NCBI GenBank assembly: GCA_964516445.1
Contig: CAZEZE010000001.1
Coordinates: 1 to 46,623, forward strand
Reading direction: 5' to 3'
DNA: 46,623 nucleotides
Source: an uncultured Chitinophaga sp.
GTDB taxonomy: Bacteria; Bacteroidota; Bacteroidia; Chitinophagales; Chitinophagaceae
Shown here one piece after another: positions 17,596-26,864 of this stretch. The position numbers were made by a program, and so were the translations under genes. Within the stretch, counting starts at the first letter, position 1. Each line of letters opens with the position of its first letter. The notes under the pieces are model-generated. The model ran no database searches. It had not been told where the DNA came from and saw only the letters and a list, made by a program, of their open reading frames with translations.

Positions 17596-20500
17596 ATGAA
17601 ACCAGCAATAGTCCAGTTTACACGACTGTGTATATTACTATTACTTTTCACTCGGCCCCTTTCAGCAGCAGCCCAGCCCGCCAATGATGCCTGTGGCAGT
17701 GCCATCAGCATTACTTCCGGGTTGGCTTGTACCTCTACTGCCGGGACCCTGAGAAATGCAGGGGGCGGCGCAACCGCTACAGCCGGTATCAATGCTTTCT
17801 GCGGTAACGCGGCATCCCCTGACGTATGGTATTCTTTTGTTGCACAAAGCACATTTCCAACCATCCGGCTAAGTGGCATGGCAACGCAAATGGATAATGC
17901 ACCGAGGCTGCAGATCTTTAATACCACTTCCTGCGTCGTTGCCACCCTGAATGCCAGTTCCAATAACTGCGCCAGCGGTACAAACGTTGCCACCCTCAAC
18001 CTCACCCCGCTAACGGCCTTAACGATCGGAACTACCTACCTGGTCAGGGTATTCACCAACGGTAACAGTGTTGCAGCCGGCGTGGCGGCCGACTGGAATT
18101 TTAATATATGTGTAATCGACCCGGCCCCTGCCAATAATCTTTGCGGAAGTTCTGTGCTCCTCACCTCTTCTACTGCCTGCACGAATACAACGGGTACCAT
18201 GTACGGAGCTACACTGACCGCAACAACCATCAATGCACCTAACTGCGCTTCGGCTGCAACGTTTGATGTATGGTACAGGTTTGTGGCACAAACAACTAAC
18301 CCAACGATAACTCTGAGTAACCTGGGAAGTGAATTTACCAACCCCGGGCTCCAGTTATTATCCAATAACTGCGGTGCAACGTTCACTTCTTATTACTGCG
18401 GTACCACTTCTATAGCGGCAGATTTCCTTACACCGGGTACCACGTACTTTATAAGAGTGTACACCACCGGCGCCTCCGCCCCAACTACAGGTGTCAACGG
18501 CGGATTTGATATATGTGTCCAGGATCCGGTGAGTACCGCGCCTTTCAACGATGAATGCGTTAATGCGGTAAACCTCCCGATCTGGAACAGTTGTAATAAT
18601 ATTCCGGGAAATATGGCCGGCGCCACTGCTTCCGCCATTGCCCTGGGCGGAACCTGTACCGGTCCGCTTGCCTACGATACCTGGTTTAAATTCACCGCGG
18701 TGAACGCTACCGCGACGTTAACCCTGAGCAGTATCGGAGCTAATTTTACAAACCCCCGTATTGAAGTTTTATCCGGCACCTGCGGATCCCTGACTTCCAT
18801 CGCCTGTGGAACCAGCCCGGTAAATGCCGCCGGTCTTACGGCGGGTACTGTATATTATGTAAGAGTATACTCAACCAGCCCCCCTGCACCCAACGGCAAT
18901 GCCAGGTTTAACATCTGTGCCACCACTACCAACGCGCCGGTGCGGTTTGGTAATACCTATGTTAATGTGACCAAGAAAACAACAGGGGGTGTGGTGGAAA
19001 CAGGTGATGTGCTGGAGATCCGGATGACCATCAGTCACACCTCCGGCACCAAGTATAATTTACGATATGTAGATAATATTCCGAGCAATACTGTTATTGC
19101 ACCGGGTGGTTCGGGCGATGATTCAGTTTGGATACGGACCAATGAAGGGTTGATTTTTAAAAGATATTCACTCACAGCCGGAGATGATGCCGCTACCTAT
19201 GTTGCCTCACCACCTGCCGGCGAGTACAATATCCGGTTAAATATGGGTTTTGGCGGTACCAATCCCGGCATACCGGTCAATAATACTGCCACCGAGTTCG
19301 CTTCTGCTACAGGTAACATGATCAATACAAACAGACCCTCTGGTGGCGGAGGTCTGTTGTTTGCCATTGCTTACCGCGTGGTAGTAACCGGCAATCCTGG
19401 CGACACCATTAACCTGAACCCCGGACAGTTCCTTTATAAAGATGCATCCGGTTCAGGTCCGGATATCATATTAACTGCCACCCCCTACAAAGTGGTGATC
19501 AGCGACCCTTTAACCTTATGTACCAATAGTATTGGTGTGAATTATGCCTCTGAATCCGGGGGTACATTTGGTACAGGTACCACATTGAACAGAACTTCAG
19601 ACCTGGCTGCCCCGATTACCGGGTACACGTTTATCAGCGATGTAAATGCATATAACGGAGTGGGCGACGGGCGGTATGCCCTTGTAAAAAACCTGAGCCC
19701 CCGAAGCGGCACAGTAACTGACGGAAGAAGAAGGAACAGTTGTAATGTTCCTGCTGCCCTTGATTACTCAGACATGAGTAACTGTAACAAAAGGATGTTT
19801 GACGGATTCTGGTTCATCGGGGGCGACCATACCGGCACCAATAATGCCGCCGGTAATGCCCCCCCGGCTGCCACAGACAATGGTGGTTATATGCTGATGG
19901 TGAACGCAGATTACGTTGCCTCTGAAGTTTACCGTCAAACTATTACCAATCTCTGTCCGAATACTTATTATGAATTTTCCGCCTGGGTAAAAAATATCTG
20001 TCCCACCTGTGGAATTGATTCTGTCTCGCAACAGTTTACAGGTACTCCAACAGCGCCCACAAGCGGTTACCCCGGCGTGTATCCCAACCTGGCCTTCCTG
20101 CTCAATGACGTAGATTATTACAACACCGGTGAAATTGATACTGTAGGCTGGGTCAAAAGAGGATTCGTATTCCAGACAGGTGATACCCAGACCACGGCCA
20201 CCTTCTCAATCCGCAACAACTCACAGGGTGGCGGCGGTAATGACTGGGCACTGGATGATATAGCCGTGGCCACCTGTCTTCCCAACATGAGTTATTCGCC
20301 CACTACGAACCCCATGATCTGCGAGGGTAACACTTTAATGATCGCCGATACCGTAAGGTCTTTCTTTAATACATATGTAGAATATAAATGGCAGCGAAGT
20401 ACGGATGGCGGCGCCAACTGGACAGATATCGCCGGAACAACGGGCACGGCCACCCCTGTATGGAATGGTACTGCCTATGAATTCATCACAACGTATACAT

Positions 20501-21213
20501 TACCACCCGCCTGGACACAGGCAGCTAATTCCGGTGATATGTACAGGGTGGTTGTAGCCAGTACACCCGGCAATCTGGGCAGCCCAACCTGCAGCTTCAC
20601 TGATCCTGCAACGATCGTGATCTCTGTATTGCTGGATTGCGGACCGCCGCTTAACGACGACCTGTTATCAGTTTCCGGTTCCCTCACCGGTGAACTGGCA
20701 AAAATTTCCTGGGTCACTTCCAAAGAAACCTCACCGGTTAAATACCGGGTAGACAGAAGTGATGACGGGTACAACTTTACCCCTGCCGGTATAGTAAACG
20801 GGTATAATGATATCCGTTCTGAAAAGAATTATTACTCATTTGATGATCCAATGCCTGTAAATGGAAAGGCTTATTACCGTATCGCTATCATGGACGACAG
20901 GGCTGTCCGCAAGATTTCACAAACCATTTTGCTGACCACGAAGGAAACGAAAGAGTGGAGTTTGGTCAATATCATCAATCCCTTTGTAAATACCCTGATG
21001 TTCCAGATAGCCACACCTGAATCAACCCTGGCTACTATCGAGCTGATGGACGCTAACGGGCGGACTATAAAGTCATTTAAACAGCCATTGAACCAGGGTA
21101 TTAATGCCATTGCCGGGATCAACACCCTGGATATGCCACCGGGTTTGTACCTGCTCAGGGTCACGATCAAAAACAGATCAGTAACGCAAAAAGTAGTGAA
21201 AGCGGGAAAATAG
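17596..21213 (+). CDS. T9SS type A cargo with three Cys-rich PxN(D/N)xC...DxW(Y/F)xF repeats
   Basis: Signal peptide ending AAA-Q; three repeats; DHTG...GYMLMVNA...GGNDWALDDI domain; CTD IINPF...KVVKAGK. Start set to ATG 17596. Confidence 0.85.
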   Translation: MKPAIVQFTRLCILLLLFTRPLSAAAQPANDACGSAISITSGLACTSTAGTLRNAGGGATATAGINAFCGNAASPDVWYSFVAQSTFPTIRLSGMATQMDNAPRLQIFNTTSCVVATLNASSNNCASGTNVATLNLTPLTALTIGTTYLVRVFTNGNSVAAGVAADWNFNICVIDPAPANNLCGSSVLLTSSTACTNTTGTMYGATLTATTINAPNCASAATFDVWYRFVAQTTNPTITLSNLGSEFTNPGLQLLSNNCGATFTSYYCGTTSIAADFLTPGTTYFIRVYTTGASAPTTGVNGGFDICVQDPVSTAPFNDECVNAVNLPIWNSCNNIPGNMAGATASAIALGGTCTGPLAYDTWFKFTAVNATATLTLSSIGANFTNPRIEVLSGTCGSLTSIACGTSPVNAAGLTAGTVYYVRVYSTSPPAPNGNARFNICATTTNAPVRFGNTYVNVTKKTTGGVVETGDVLEIRMTISHTSGTKYNLRYVDNIPSNTVIAPGGSGDDSVWIRTNEGLIFKRYSLTAGDDAATYVASPPAGEYNIRLNMGFGGTNPGIPVNNTATEFASATGNMINTNRPSGGGGLLFAIAYRVVVTGNPGDTINLNPGQFLYKDASGSGPDIILTATPYKVVISDPLTLCTNSIGVNYASESGGTFGTGTTLNRTSDLAAPITGYTFISDVNAYNGVGDGRYALVKNLSPRSGTVTDGRRRNSCNVPAALDYSDMSNCNKRMFDGFWFIGGDHTGTNNAAGNAPPAATDNGGYMLMVNADYVASEVYRQTITNLCPNTYYEFSAWVKNICPTCGIDSVSQQFTGTPTAPTSGYPGVYPNLAFLLNDVDYYNTGEIDTVGWVKRGFVFQTGDTQTTATFSIRNNSQGGGGNDWALDDIAVATCLPNMSYSPTTNPMICEGNTLMIADTVRSFFNTYVEYKWQRSTDGGANWTDIAGTTGTATPVWNGTAYEFITTYTLPPAWTQAANSGDMYRVVVASTPGNLGSPTCSFTDPATIVISVLLDCGPPLNDDLLSVSGSLTGELAKISWVTSKETSPVKYRVDRSDDGYNFTPAGIVNGYNDIRSEKNYYSFDDPMPVNGKAYYRIAIMDDRAVRKISQTILLTTKETKEWSLVNIINPFVNTLMFQIATPESTLATIELMDANGRTIKSFKQPLNQGINAIAGINTLDMPPGLYLLRVTIKNRSVTQKVVKAGK

Positions 21214-21231
21214 TCACCGCTTCCTTACCGG

Positions 21232-21269
21232 AAGAGATTGTCCTGGATCAGGACAATCTCTTTTTTTTT
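21232..21269 (+). terminator. Intrinsic terminator
   Basis: AAGAGATTGTCCTG-GAT-CAGGACAATCTCTT running into a T9 tract. Confidence 0.9.
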
Positions 21270-21366
21270 CAGGCATATCAGTACCCGTTTGAAAGATTCA
21301 ATATAACCGGTTCGGGGCGGTCATACCTGAGACCGTCATAATAAATCTGTCACCGCCATATTTCAC

Positions 21367-21374
21367 TATTTTTG
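21367..21374 (+). promoter_or_regulatory. -7 promoter element for pdxA
   Basis: TATTTTTG ends 16 nt before the ATG. Confidence 0.5.
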
Positions 21375-21390
21375 CCGGGAAATTATTATC

Positions 21391-22479
21391 ATGACCCCCC
21401 ATCAGCAAAAACCTGTGATCGGCATCTCCTGCGGCGACCTGAACGGTATCGGCATTGAACTGATCATCAAGACCTTTTCCGATAACCGCATACTGGAACA
21501 CTGCACCCCCGTGATCTTTGCCTCCAATAAAGTCATTAATTTCTACCGTAAGTCTGTCCCGGATATTAATATCAACTACCAGAACATTAAGGAATTCAAC
21601 CGGATCAGTCATAAACAGGTGAATCTTTTCAATTGCTGGGAAGAAGAAGTGGCGATTACGCCCGGCCAGCTCAACGAAACCGGCGGTAAATACGGGATCC
21701 TTTCCTTGCAAACCGCCGTTGCCGCACTGAAGCAAAAACATATAGACGGGCTGGTAACAGCTCCGGTCCATAAAAAGAATATTCAGTCTCCCGAATTCAG
21801 TTTTACCGGACATACCCCCTACCTGAAAAACATTTTCGGCGTCAACGATGTGGTGATGATGCTCTGCGCCGGCAACCTGAGGGTAGCCCTTGTAACCGAA
21901 CATATTCCCGTCAGTGAGATCGCCCAACAGGTCACCCGGGAAAGACTGGTAAGCAAGCTGGCAATCATCCATCAAAGCCTGCAGAAAGATTTCGGTATCG
22001 ACAAACCCCGGATCGCCGTACTCGGCCTTAACCCTCACGCCGGCGATGAAGGACTGATCGGTACGGAAGAGGAAGCCATCATCAAACCAGCTATCAAAGA
22101 TGCCAAGAATAGTAACATGCTGGTCGTTGGACCCTACAGCGCCGACGCTTTCTTTGCCCGCGGTAGTTATGAACGGTTTGACGCGGTGCTCGCGATGTAC
22201 CACGACCAGGGACTGATCCCCTTTAAAACATTGGCATCGGGCGACGGCTTTAACTATACAGCAGGGCTTGCGGCGGTAAGGACCTCGCCCGATCATGGTG
22301 TGGCCTTTGATATTGCCGGGAAGAACAAGGCCGACAATTCCTCTTTTTTAACTGCCCTGTTCGAATGCGTGGAAATCATCAACCACCGGAAAGCGTACGA
22401 GGAAAACAGGCAGAACCCGCTGAAGAAGATGACGCCGGCCATACTGGCCAACGCGAAAGATGAAGCGATCGATGAATAA
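21391..22479 (+). CDS. pdxA: 4-hydroxythreonine-4-phosphate dehydrogenase
   Basis: GDLNGIGIE, VTAPVHK, GHT, LNPHAGDEG, AMYHDQGLIPFK, RTSPDHG. Confidence 0.95.
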   Translation: MTPHQQKPVIGISCGDLNGIGIELIIKTFSDNRILEHCTPVIFASNKVINFYRKSVPDININYQNIKEFNRISHKQVNLFNCWEEEVAITPGQLNETGGKYGILSLQTAVAALKQKHIDGLVTAPVHKKNIQSPEFSFTGHTPYLKNIFGVNDVVMMLCAGNLRVALVTEHIPVSEIAQQVTRERLVSKLAIIHQSLQKDFGIDKPRIAVLGLNPHAGDEGLIGTEEEAIIKPAIKDAKNSNMLVVGPYSADAFFARGSYERFDAVLAMYHDQGLIPFKTLASGDGFNYTAGLAAVRTSPDHGVAFDIAGKNKADNSSFLTALFECVEIINHRKAYEENRQNPLKKMTPAILANAKDEAIDE

Positions 22480-22482
22480 CGG

Positions 22483-23175
22483 CTACCGGAAAACGGAATC
22501 GGGAACACCTTTATTGATAACATAGCCGGAATAACTGATCTCCACTTTCCCTTTCTTAACCCCCGTATTTTCTTTTTTATCTTTTTCCGCCCCATTGTCA
22601 TAATCAATGGAGATACCCTTGGGCAATTTGTAATCCTTTGTATTAAACGTAAGCTCTACTTTATCCGGCAAACCGTAGGCTGCATAATCCTTATACTGCA
22701 TCAGCAGTTCATAGGTCCCGCTTTCCCGGGTACTGATCACAGAACGGATGACGAGCAAACGCTGTTCATCAATATACAATGTCGCTCTTGTAATATTCTC
22801 CTCATCGCTCAGCGGGAATATCTTCACAACCCGGCAATCGATACCACTGACTTTTTCCATTCCCGATGCCATCGCTTCGTAATTGTTCAGTCCGAGTACA
22901 TTGTTCATATTGATGTTGACTGTTCCTTTGGGGATGAAGGAAACCCCTTTCTCATTCCTGATACGCAGCTTATCCGGCTTTTTATAGTAGACTTTCACTT
23001 TCGCCACCGGCGCTTTGATAAAGATCACATTGGTCTTCAGTTTACCGGTGGCGGTATAATCATTCACCTGGTCATATTTCTCCTTTACCTTTTGTAGTAG
23101 AGGTTTGATATCCTGCGAAATACCCTGAAGGCCGGTACACGCTGTCGCGGTCAATAGGACAAATAAACTTTTCAT
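22483..23175 (-). CDS. Exported protein, LolA-like / outer-membrane lipoprotein-sorting fold
   Basis: Signal peptide; VYYKKPDKLRI, VVKIFP...ATLYIDEQRLLV and C-terminal INKGVPDSVF are typical of LolA-like proteins. Confidence 0.6.
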   Translation of the reverse strand: MKSLFVLLTATACTGLQGISQDIKPLLQKVKEKYDQVNDYTATGKLKTNVIFIKAPVAKVKVYYKKPDKLRIRNEKGVSFIPKGTVNINMNNVLGLNNYEAMASGMEKVSGIDCRVVKIFPLSDEENITRATLYIDEQRLLVIRSVISTRESGTYELLMQYKDYAAYGLPDKVELTFNTKDYKLPKGISIDYDNGAEKDKKENTGVKKGKVEISYSGYVINKGVPDSVFR

Positions 23176-23184
23176 AGTACAGCT

Positions 23185-24069
23185 TTAACTTAATATATCC
23201 TTTCGTTTAAAATACCGGATAGTTATCAGCAGGAATAATACAATATAACCCAGCAGGATCAGTCCGCTCCTGACCAGCGAGCCGGGGTTCTGCACCGAAC
23301 CATCGATGGTCACCCCTTCAGCATTTTTTTCCACATAAAAGAAACCTTTCCATCCCAGCATATGCGTGGTAAAAGACCAGGGATTCACCGTTTCTTCAAA
23401 CAAGGGAACCTTCAACTGCTGAATGATTGTGAAAACGATCACTACGCAAACGGTCGCCACGATAGGTCCCAGTGAATTTTCCGAGAAAGCGGAGAACATA
23501 AGCGCCATGGCCGCGATGGTGGTGAGTGCCAGCGCCGCAAATACAAAAGCGGCAATGAACCTCCACAGCACATCATACCCGTTCATCAGGTGCATTTCCG
23601 TTTCGCGGAAGACCACCAGGTCGCCGCGGCCAAAGAGCAAAATGCTCCCGAGCAAAGCAAAAAGAGCCATCCAGACCAGCAACATCACAACATAGATAGT
23701 GCTGGCCATGAATTTGGAAAGGACAAGTTCAGTTCGCGTCACCGGTTTACTGGCGATCAGCCGGAGGGTGCCGAGGCCGGCCTCCCCGGACAACATATCT
23801 CCCGCGATAAGCGCCACCAGCAGGGGAACATGTATCAGGATCATGTGCAATACAGCCACACATACAAAATACCCGTTCGCCATCCGGTCATACGGTATCT
23901 CAAAAGTGTCGGATTGACTGTCGGTGTACAGTTGTATGAAATCCTTACCGTTCACTTTCAGGGCCAGTTGCACCAGGAGCACGATCACTGCTACGGCGCC
24001 AAACGCAATAAAAGTACGGGGACGTTTAAAAACCTTGAACAGTTCTATTTGCAGTAATTGAATGAACAT
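23185..24069 (-). CDS. ABC-2 type transporter permease
   Basis: IELFK, SGEAGLGTLR...PVTRTELVLSKF, six TM helices, C-terminal FKRKDILS. Confidence 0.9.
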   Translation of the reverse strand: MFIQLLQIELFKVFKRPRTFIAFGAVAVIVLLVQLALKVNGKDFIQLYTDSQSDTFEIPYDRMANGYFVCVAVLHMILIHVPLLVALIAGDMLSGEAGLGTLRLIASKPVTRTELVLSKFMASTIYVVMLLVWMALFALLGSILLFGRGDLVVFRETEMHLMNGYDVLWRFIAAFVFAALALTTIAAMALMFSAFSENSLGPIVATVCVVIVFTIIQQLKVPLFEETVNPWSFTTHMLGWKGFFYVEKNAEGVTIDGSVQNPGSLVRSGLILLGYIVLFLLITIRYFKRKDILS

Positions 24070-24072
24070 CTG

Positions 24073-24984
24073 TCAGGATTCCCTTGTTTGTGATAAAAAA
24101 TATTCCTCGAGGGAGTTTACAGGCCGGAGAACGGAAACAGCGATCCCGTTCTGCACCAGTTGCCTGTTCAGATCCGGAATCCTGTCCTTTTTCATCTCCA
24201 GCCTGAACCGGTGGTTATTGGTTTGCTTCAGGCTGATGTTCCATTCCGAACTGCGGAGGAACTGTAATGTTGCAGCTTCGTCACCGGTAACTAATTCCAC
24301 TACCGCGAGTTCGGGGTTGAGCAGTTCACTTACTTTCCCTTCCACCACTTTTTGGCCTTTATGGATGATCAGCATATCATCTGCCACCATTTCCATTTCG
24401 CTGAGAAGGTGTGAAGAAACCAGCAGTGTCTTAAGGAGGTCACGGCTCAGGTGAAGGATCAGTTGCCGCATATCGGCGATCCCCTGCGGGTCAAGTCCGT
24501 TGCTGGGCTCATCCAGGATGATCAGTTGTGGCTGATGGATCAGCGCACAGGCAAGACCCAGCCTTTGTTTCATTCCCTGGGAATAGGTCTTAACCTTACT
24601 GTTCGCTCTTTCCGACAGACCCACCATCGCCAGTTGATCCATCATTTGTTTCCGTGACACTTTTACACCGCTCAGCCTGGAAAAAATACGAATATTCTCT
24701 GTTGCCGTGAGGTATTTGTAGAGGTCGGGTTTTTCAATGATGGCGCCTGTTTGCCGGAGAATTTCCCTGCGTTTCTTTTTCAGGTCCATCCCGAATATCT
24801 CGATCTCCCCGGAACCGGGTTCAACAAGGGTCAGGAGCATGCGGATAGTAGTAGATTTACCTGCCCCGTTCTGACCCAGGAAACCATACACTTTTCCCGA
24901 TTCCACGGAAAAAGACAGGTTGTCCACGGCCTTAATATCACCAAAGCTTTTTGAGAGTTCCTTTACGCGTATGACCGTCTGCAT
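24073..24984 (-). CDS. ABC transporter ATP-binding protein (BcrA-like)
   Basis: GQNGAGKST, YSQGMKQR, ILDEPSNGLDP, SSHLL. Confidence 0.93.
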   Translation of the reverse strand: MQTVIRVKELSKSFGDIKAVDNLSFSVESGKVYGFLGQNGAGKSTTIRMLLTLVEPGSGEIEIFGMDLKKKRREILRQTGAIIEKPDLYKYLTATENIRIFSRLSGVKVSRKQMMDQLAMVGLSERANSKVKTYSQGMKQRLGLACALIHQPQLIILDEPSNGLDPQGIADMRQLILHLSRDLLKTLLVSSHLLSEMEMVADDMLIIHKGQKVVEGKVSELLNPELAVVELVTGDEAATLQFLRSSEWNISLKQTNNHRFRLEMKKDRIPDLNRQLVQNGIAVSVLRPVNSLEEYFLSQTRES

Positions 24985-25131
24985 TCCTGAGTATTAACGA
25001 ATAAAAGTAGGAAACGTTTGATCGCAGGTTGTTTTAAATGACTTCGTAAAAAAATATTTTCCTGCAATCATTTGCATATTCAGTTCCCAGTGATTAGGTT
25101 TGTTTTCGATTCGGAAAACCACATATACCCT

Positions 25132-25143
25132 CGTAAAACTACG
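25132..25143. promoter_or_regulatory. Putative regulator site CGTA-N4-TACG
   Basis: CGTAAAACTACG, with degenerate partners at 25112 and 25153. Confidence 0.45.
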
Positions 25144-25299
25144 TTAAAGATCCGTACCAGGCCTTCCTACCGTTCCGTCGGCCATGTTACGTACTTCGAT
25201 AAAAAAATTTTACAGAAGGGTTTCGATACCAAGACTAACATCCAATATTTCTGTGGGTACCTGAACAAAGTCCCCCCGAACCGGGACAAACCCAAAGAA

Positions 25300-25710
25300 A
25301 TGATCAAGACTGCTGCACTATTGATGATAATAACCCTGAGACTGATCTATCAGCCTTCAGAGGCGCAAACAGGATTCGCCCCTTTTTCAAGCCCCACCAC
25401 CACCACTGCCGGGATCTCAAACCCCGCCGGTCTCTTAAGCTTTAACGGCACACTCAAAAAGAACAAAGTCGTACTTGAATGGGTTGTATCTGAAAACGAA
25501 ACGGCCGACCAGTTTGAAGTGGAAAAAAGCACGGATGGCAGCCACTACTACACTACGGCTTTTGTATTTGGTACCGACCTGCCAGACACCGGCAGGTACC
25601 GTTATTCCGAAAAGGCCGGATCCAAAAAAATAATGTACCGGGTCAAAATGATCGGAAAGGATAAGCAAAGCACATACTCTCCTGTTATAACCATCTCCAC
25701 AAACGTTTAA
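25300..25710 (+). CDS. Small exported protein consisting of a stand-alone T9SS pre-CTD-type beta domain
   Basis: Signal-like N-terminus ending SEA-Q, then LLSFNG...VVLEW...NE...FEVEKSTDG...YRVKMIGKD...YS; no CTD follows. Confidence 0.75.
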   Translation: MIKTAALLMIITLRLIYQPSEAQTGFAPFSSPTTTTAGISNPAGLLSFNGTLKKNKVVLEWVVSENETADQFEVEKSTDGSHYYTTAFVFGTDLPDTGRYRYSEKAGSKKIMYRVKMIGKDKQSTYSPVITISTNV

Positions 25711-25719
25711 AACCGGGTC

Positions 25720-25857
25720 ATGAAAAAAACCGTCCAAAATTTACTGCGTGAAGAATATAACCGGCTGAAAAAGGCCATTGAAAAAATCATTAACACGAAA
25801 CAGGGAAACGCTGCTGCACAACCGGTGTTGCAACCTGTTCGGCAAAAAAAATACTGA
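25720..25857 (+). CDS. 45-aa small basic protein (not in the ORF track)
   Basis: MKKTVQNLLREEYNRLKKAIEKIINTKQGNAAAQPVLQPVRQKKY; starts 9 nt after the upstream stop and precedes a terminator. Confidence 0.6.
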   Translation: MKKTVQNLLREEYNRLKKAIEKIINTKQGNAAAQPVLQPVRQKKY

Positions 25858-25902
25858 GGGTGCCGGTCTTCTGAAGATTTTCATACACATAGAGCACCAA
25901 TA

Positions 25903-25940
25903 GAGAAAAAGCCCTTTGTCTAAAGGGCTTCTCTTTTTAT
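25903..25940 (+). terminator. Intrinsic terminator, probably bidirectional
   Basis: AAGCCCTTT-GTCT-AAAGGGCTT flanked by A and T runs between convergent units. Confidence 0.8.
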
Positions 25941-26082
25941 TTAACTACAACTACCCCAAATGTATTTTCTGGCCGGTAAAACGGGAACTAATTTACCGGT
26001 TACATCAATTCTATCCCCTTCTCGCTTTCCCGGCTCAATTAATTGTTACTGATTTTTGAAATTGCTGCTATATAACATTACT

Positions 26083-26568
26083 TCAGAATCCGCGGGCTAC
26101 CGGGATTTTCAATACCATCATCACCAGGGCCGCTACCGGCGCCAGCAAAGCGATCAGTCCCCATGCTTCCCATCGGGTGAAATAAGACTGATACATGGTC
26201 CAGTTGAAATGTTCTGTTTCTTCCAGGGAAGTATACCGCCTGATCTTCTTCTGAAGGGGGATGAGTTTCCAGCTAAAAATTATTCCGGAAAGTGAAAAAA
26301 GTACCAGTGGCCAGAATATCCAGCCGGTCCGGAGTATCGGCGTATCCGCCTGCAGGGCCGCTGCCATTCCACCGGCCGTGATAATGATTACCCCGGGTAC
26401 TGTGAACCAGCGGTCACTTCGGATGATCGTATGCATAGTAAAAGAGATAATGCAGGCGTCATGGGTTCGGTTTGCCTGTTTCATCCAGAACAGACCCGTG
26501 AAGATATTACCCAGGAAAATGATCACCGCGATGATATGGATCAGTTTGAAGATTAAATAGGGATTCAT
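26083..26568 (-). CDS. DUF2269-like four-TM membrane protein
   Basis: KLIHIIAVIIFLGN, SDRWFTVPG, W..WG..A, LVMMVLK. Confidence 0.75.
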   Translation of the reverse strand: MNPYLIFKLIHIIAVIIFLGNIFTGLFWMKQANRTHDACIISFTMHTIIRSDRWFTVPGVIIITAGGMAAALQADTPILRTGWIFWPLVLFSLSGIIFSWKLIPLQKKIRRYTSLEETEHFNWTMYQSYFTRWEAWGLIALLAPVAALVMMVLKIPVARGF

Positions 26569-26864
26569 GCCGTTCCGTTGTTTGTGCCCAAATACGCCTG
26601 GAGGTCCGATACATATTTTTCAAAGGCAGAGATCCCCTGCCTGGTTAATTTACAAATGGTTTGCGGGTAATTGTCCTTGAACTGTTTGGTTACATCAATA
26701 TAACCGGCCTCTTTCAGTTTCTGGATCTGTACGCTCAGGTTACCCGCGGTAGCGCCGGTCTTTTCTCGTAAAAATGTGAATTCCGCCTCCCTGACGCTGA
26801 TCAGCAATGACATGACTGCCAGTCGCAGTTGTGAATGCAATATGGGGTCCAGATCTTTAAACAT
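26565..26864 (-). CDS. Winged-helix transcriptional regulator (HTH_34/MarR-ArsR-like)
   Basis: LDPILHSQLRLAVMSLL, FTFLREKTGATAGNLSVQIQKL, KLTRQG..AF..Y. Confidence 0.9.
   Translation of the reverse strand: MFKDLDPILHSQLRLAVMSLLISVREAEFTFLREKTGATAGNLSVQIQKLKEAGYIDVTKQFKDNYPQTICKLTRQGISAFEKYVSDLQAYLGTNNGTA

Noticed and set aside
17457-18638. Several minus-strand ORFs opposite the T9SS gene (and similar short shadow ORFs throughout the track)
   Set aside because: Mirror frames of Thr/Ala/Gly-rich coding sequence with no independent signals.
6801-21213. T9SS cluster as a mobile genomic island
   Set aside because: No integrase, tRNA, att repeats or transposase seen, and no obvious compositional shift by eye.
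21298-22296. 332-aa ORF antisense to pdxA
   Set aside because: Almost fully overlaps a clear pdxA and has no recognisable motifs; a codon-bias shadow.
25072-25299. N-terminal extensions in the ORF track (also at 3022, 4283, 6837, 17530, 28247, 29023, 40971)
   Set aside because: They run over promoters or neighbouring genes; downstream starts give canonical N-termini or signal peptides.
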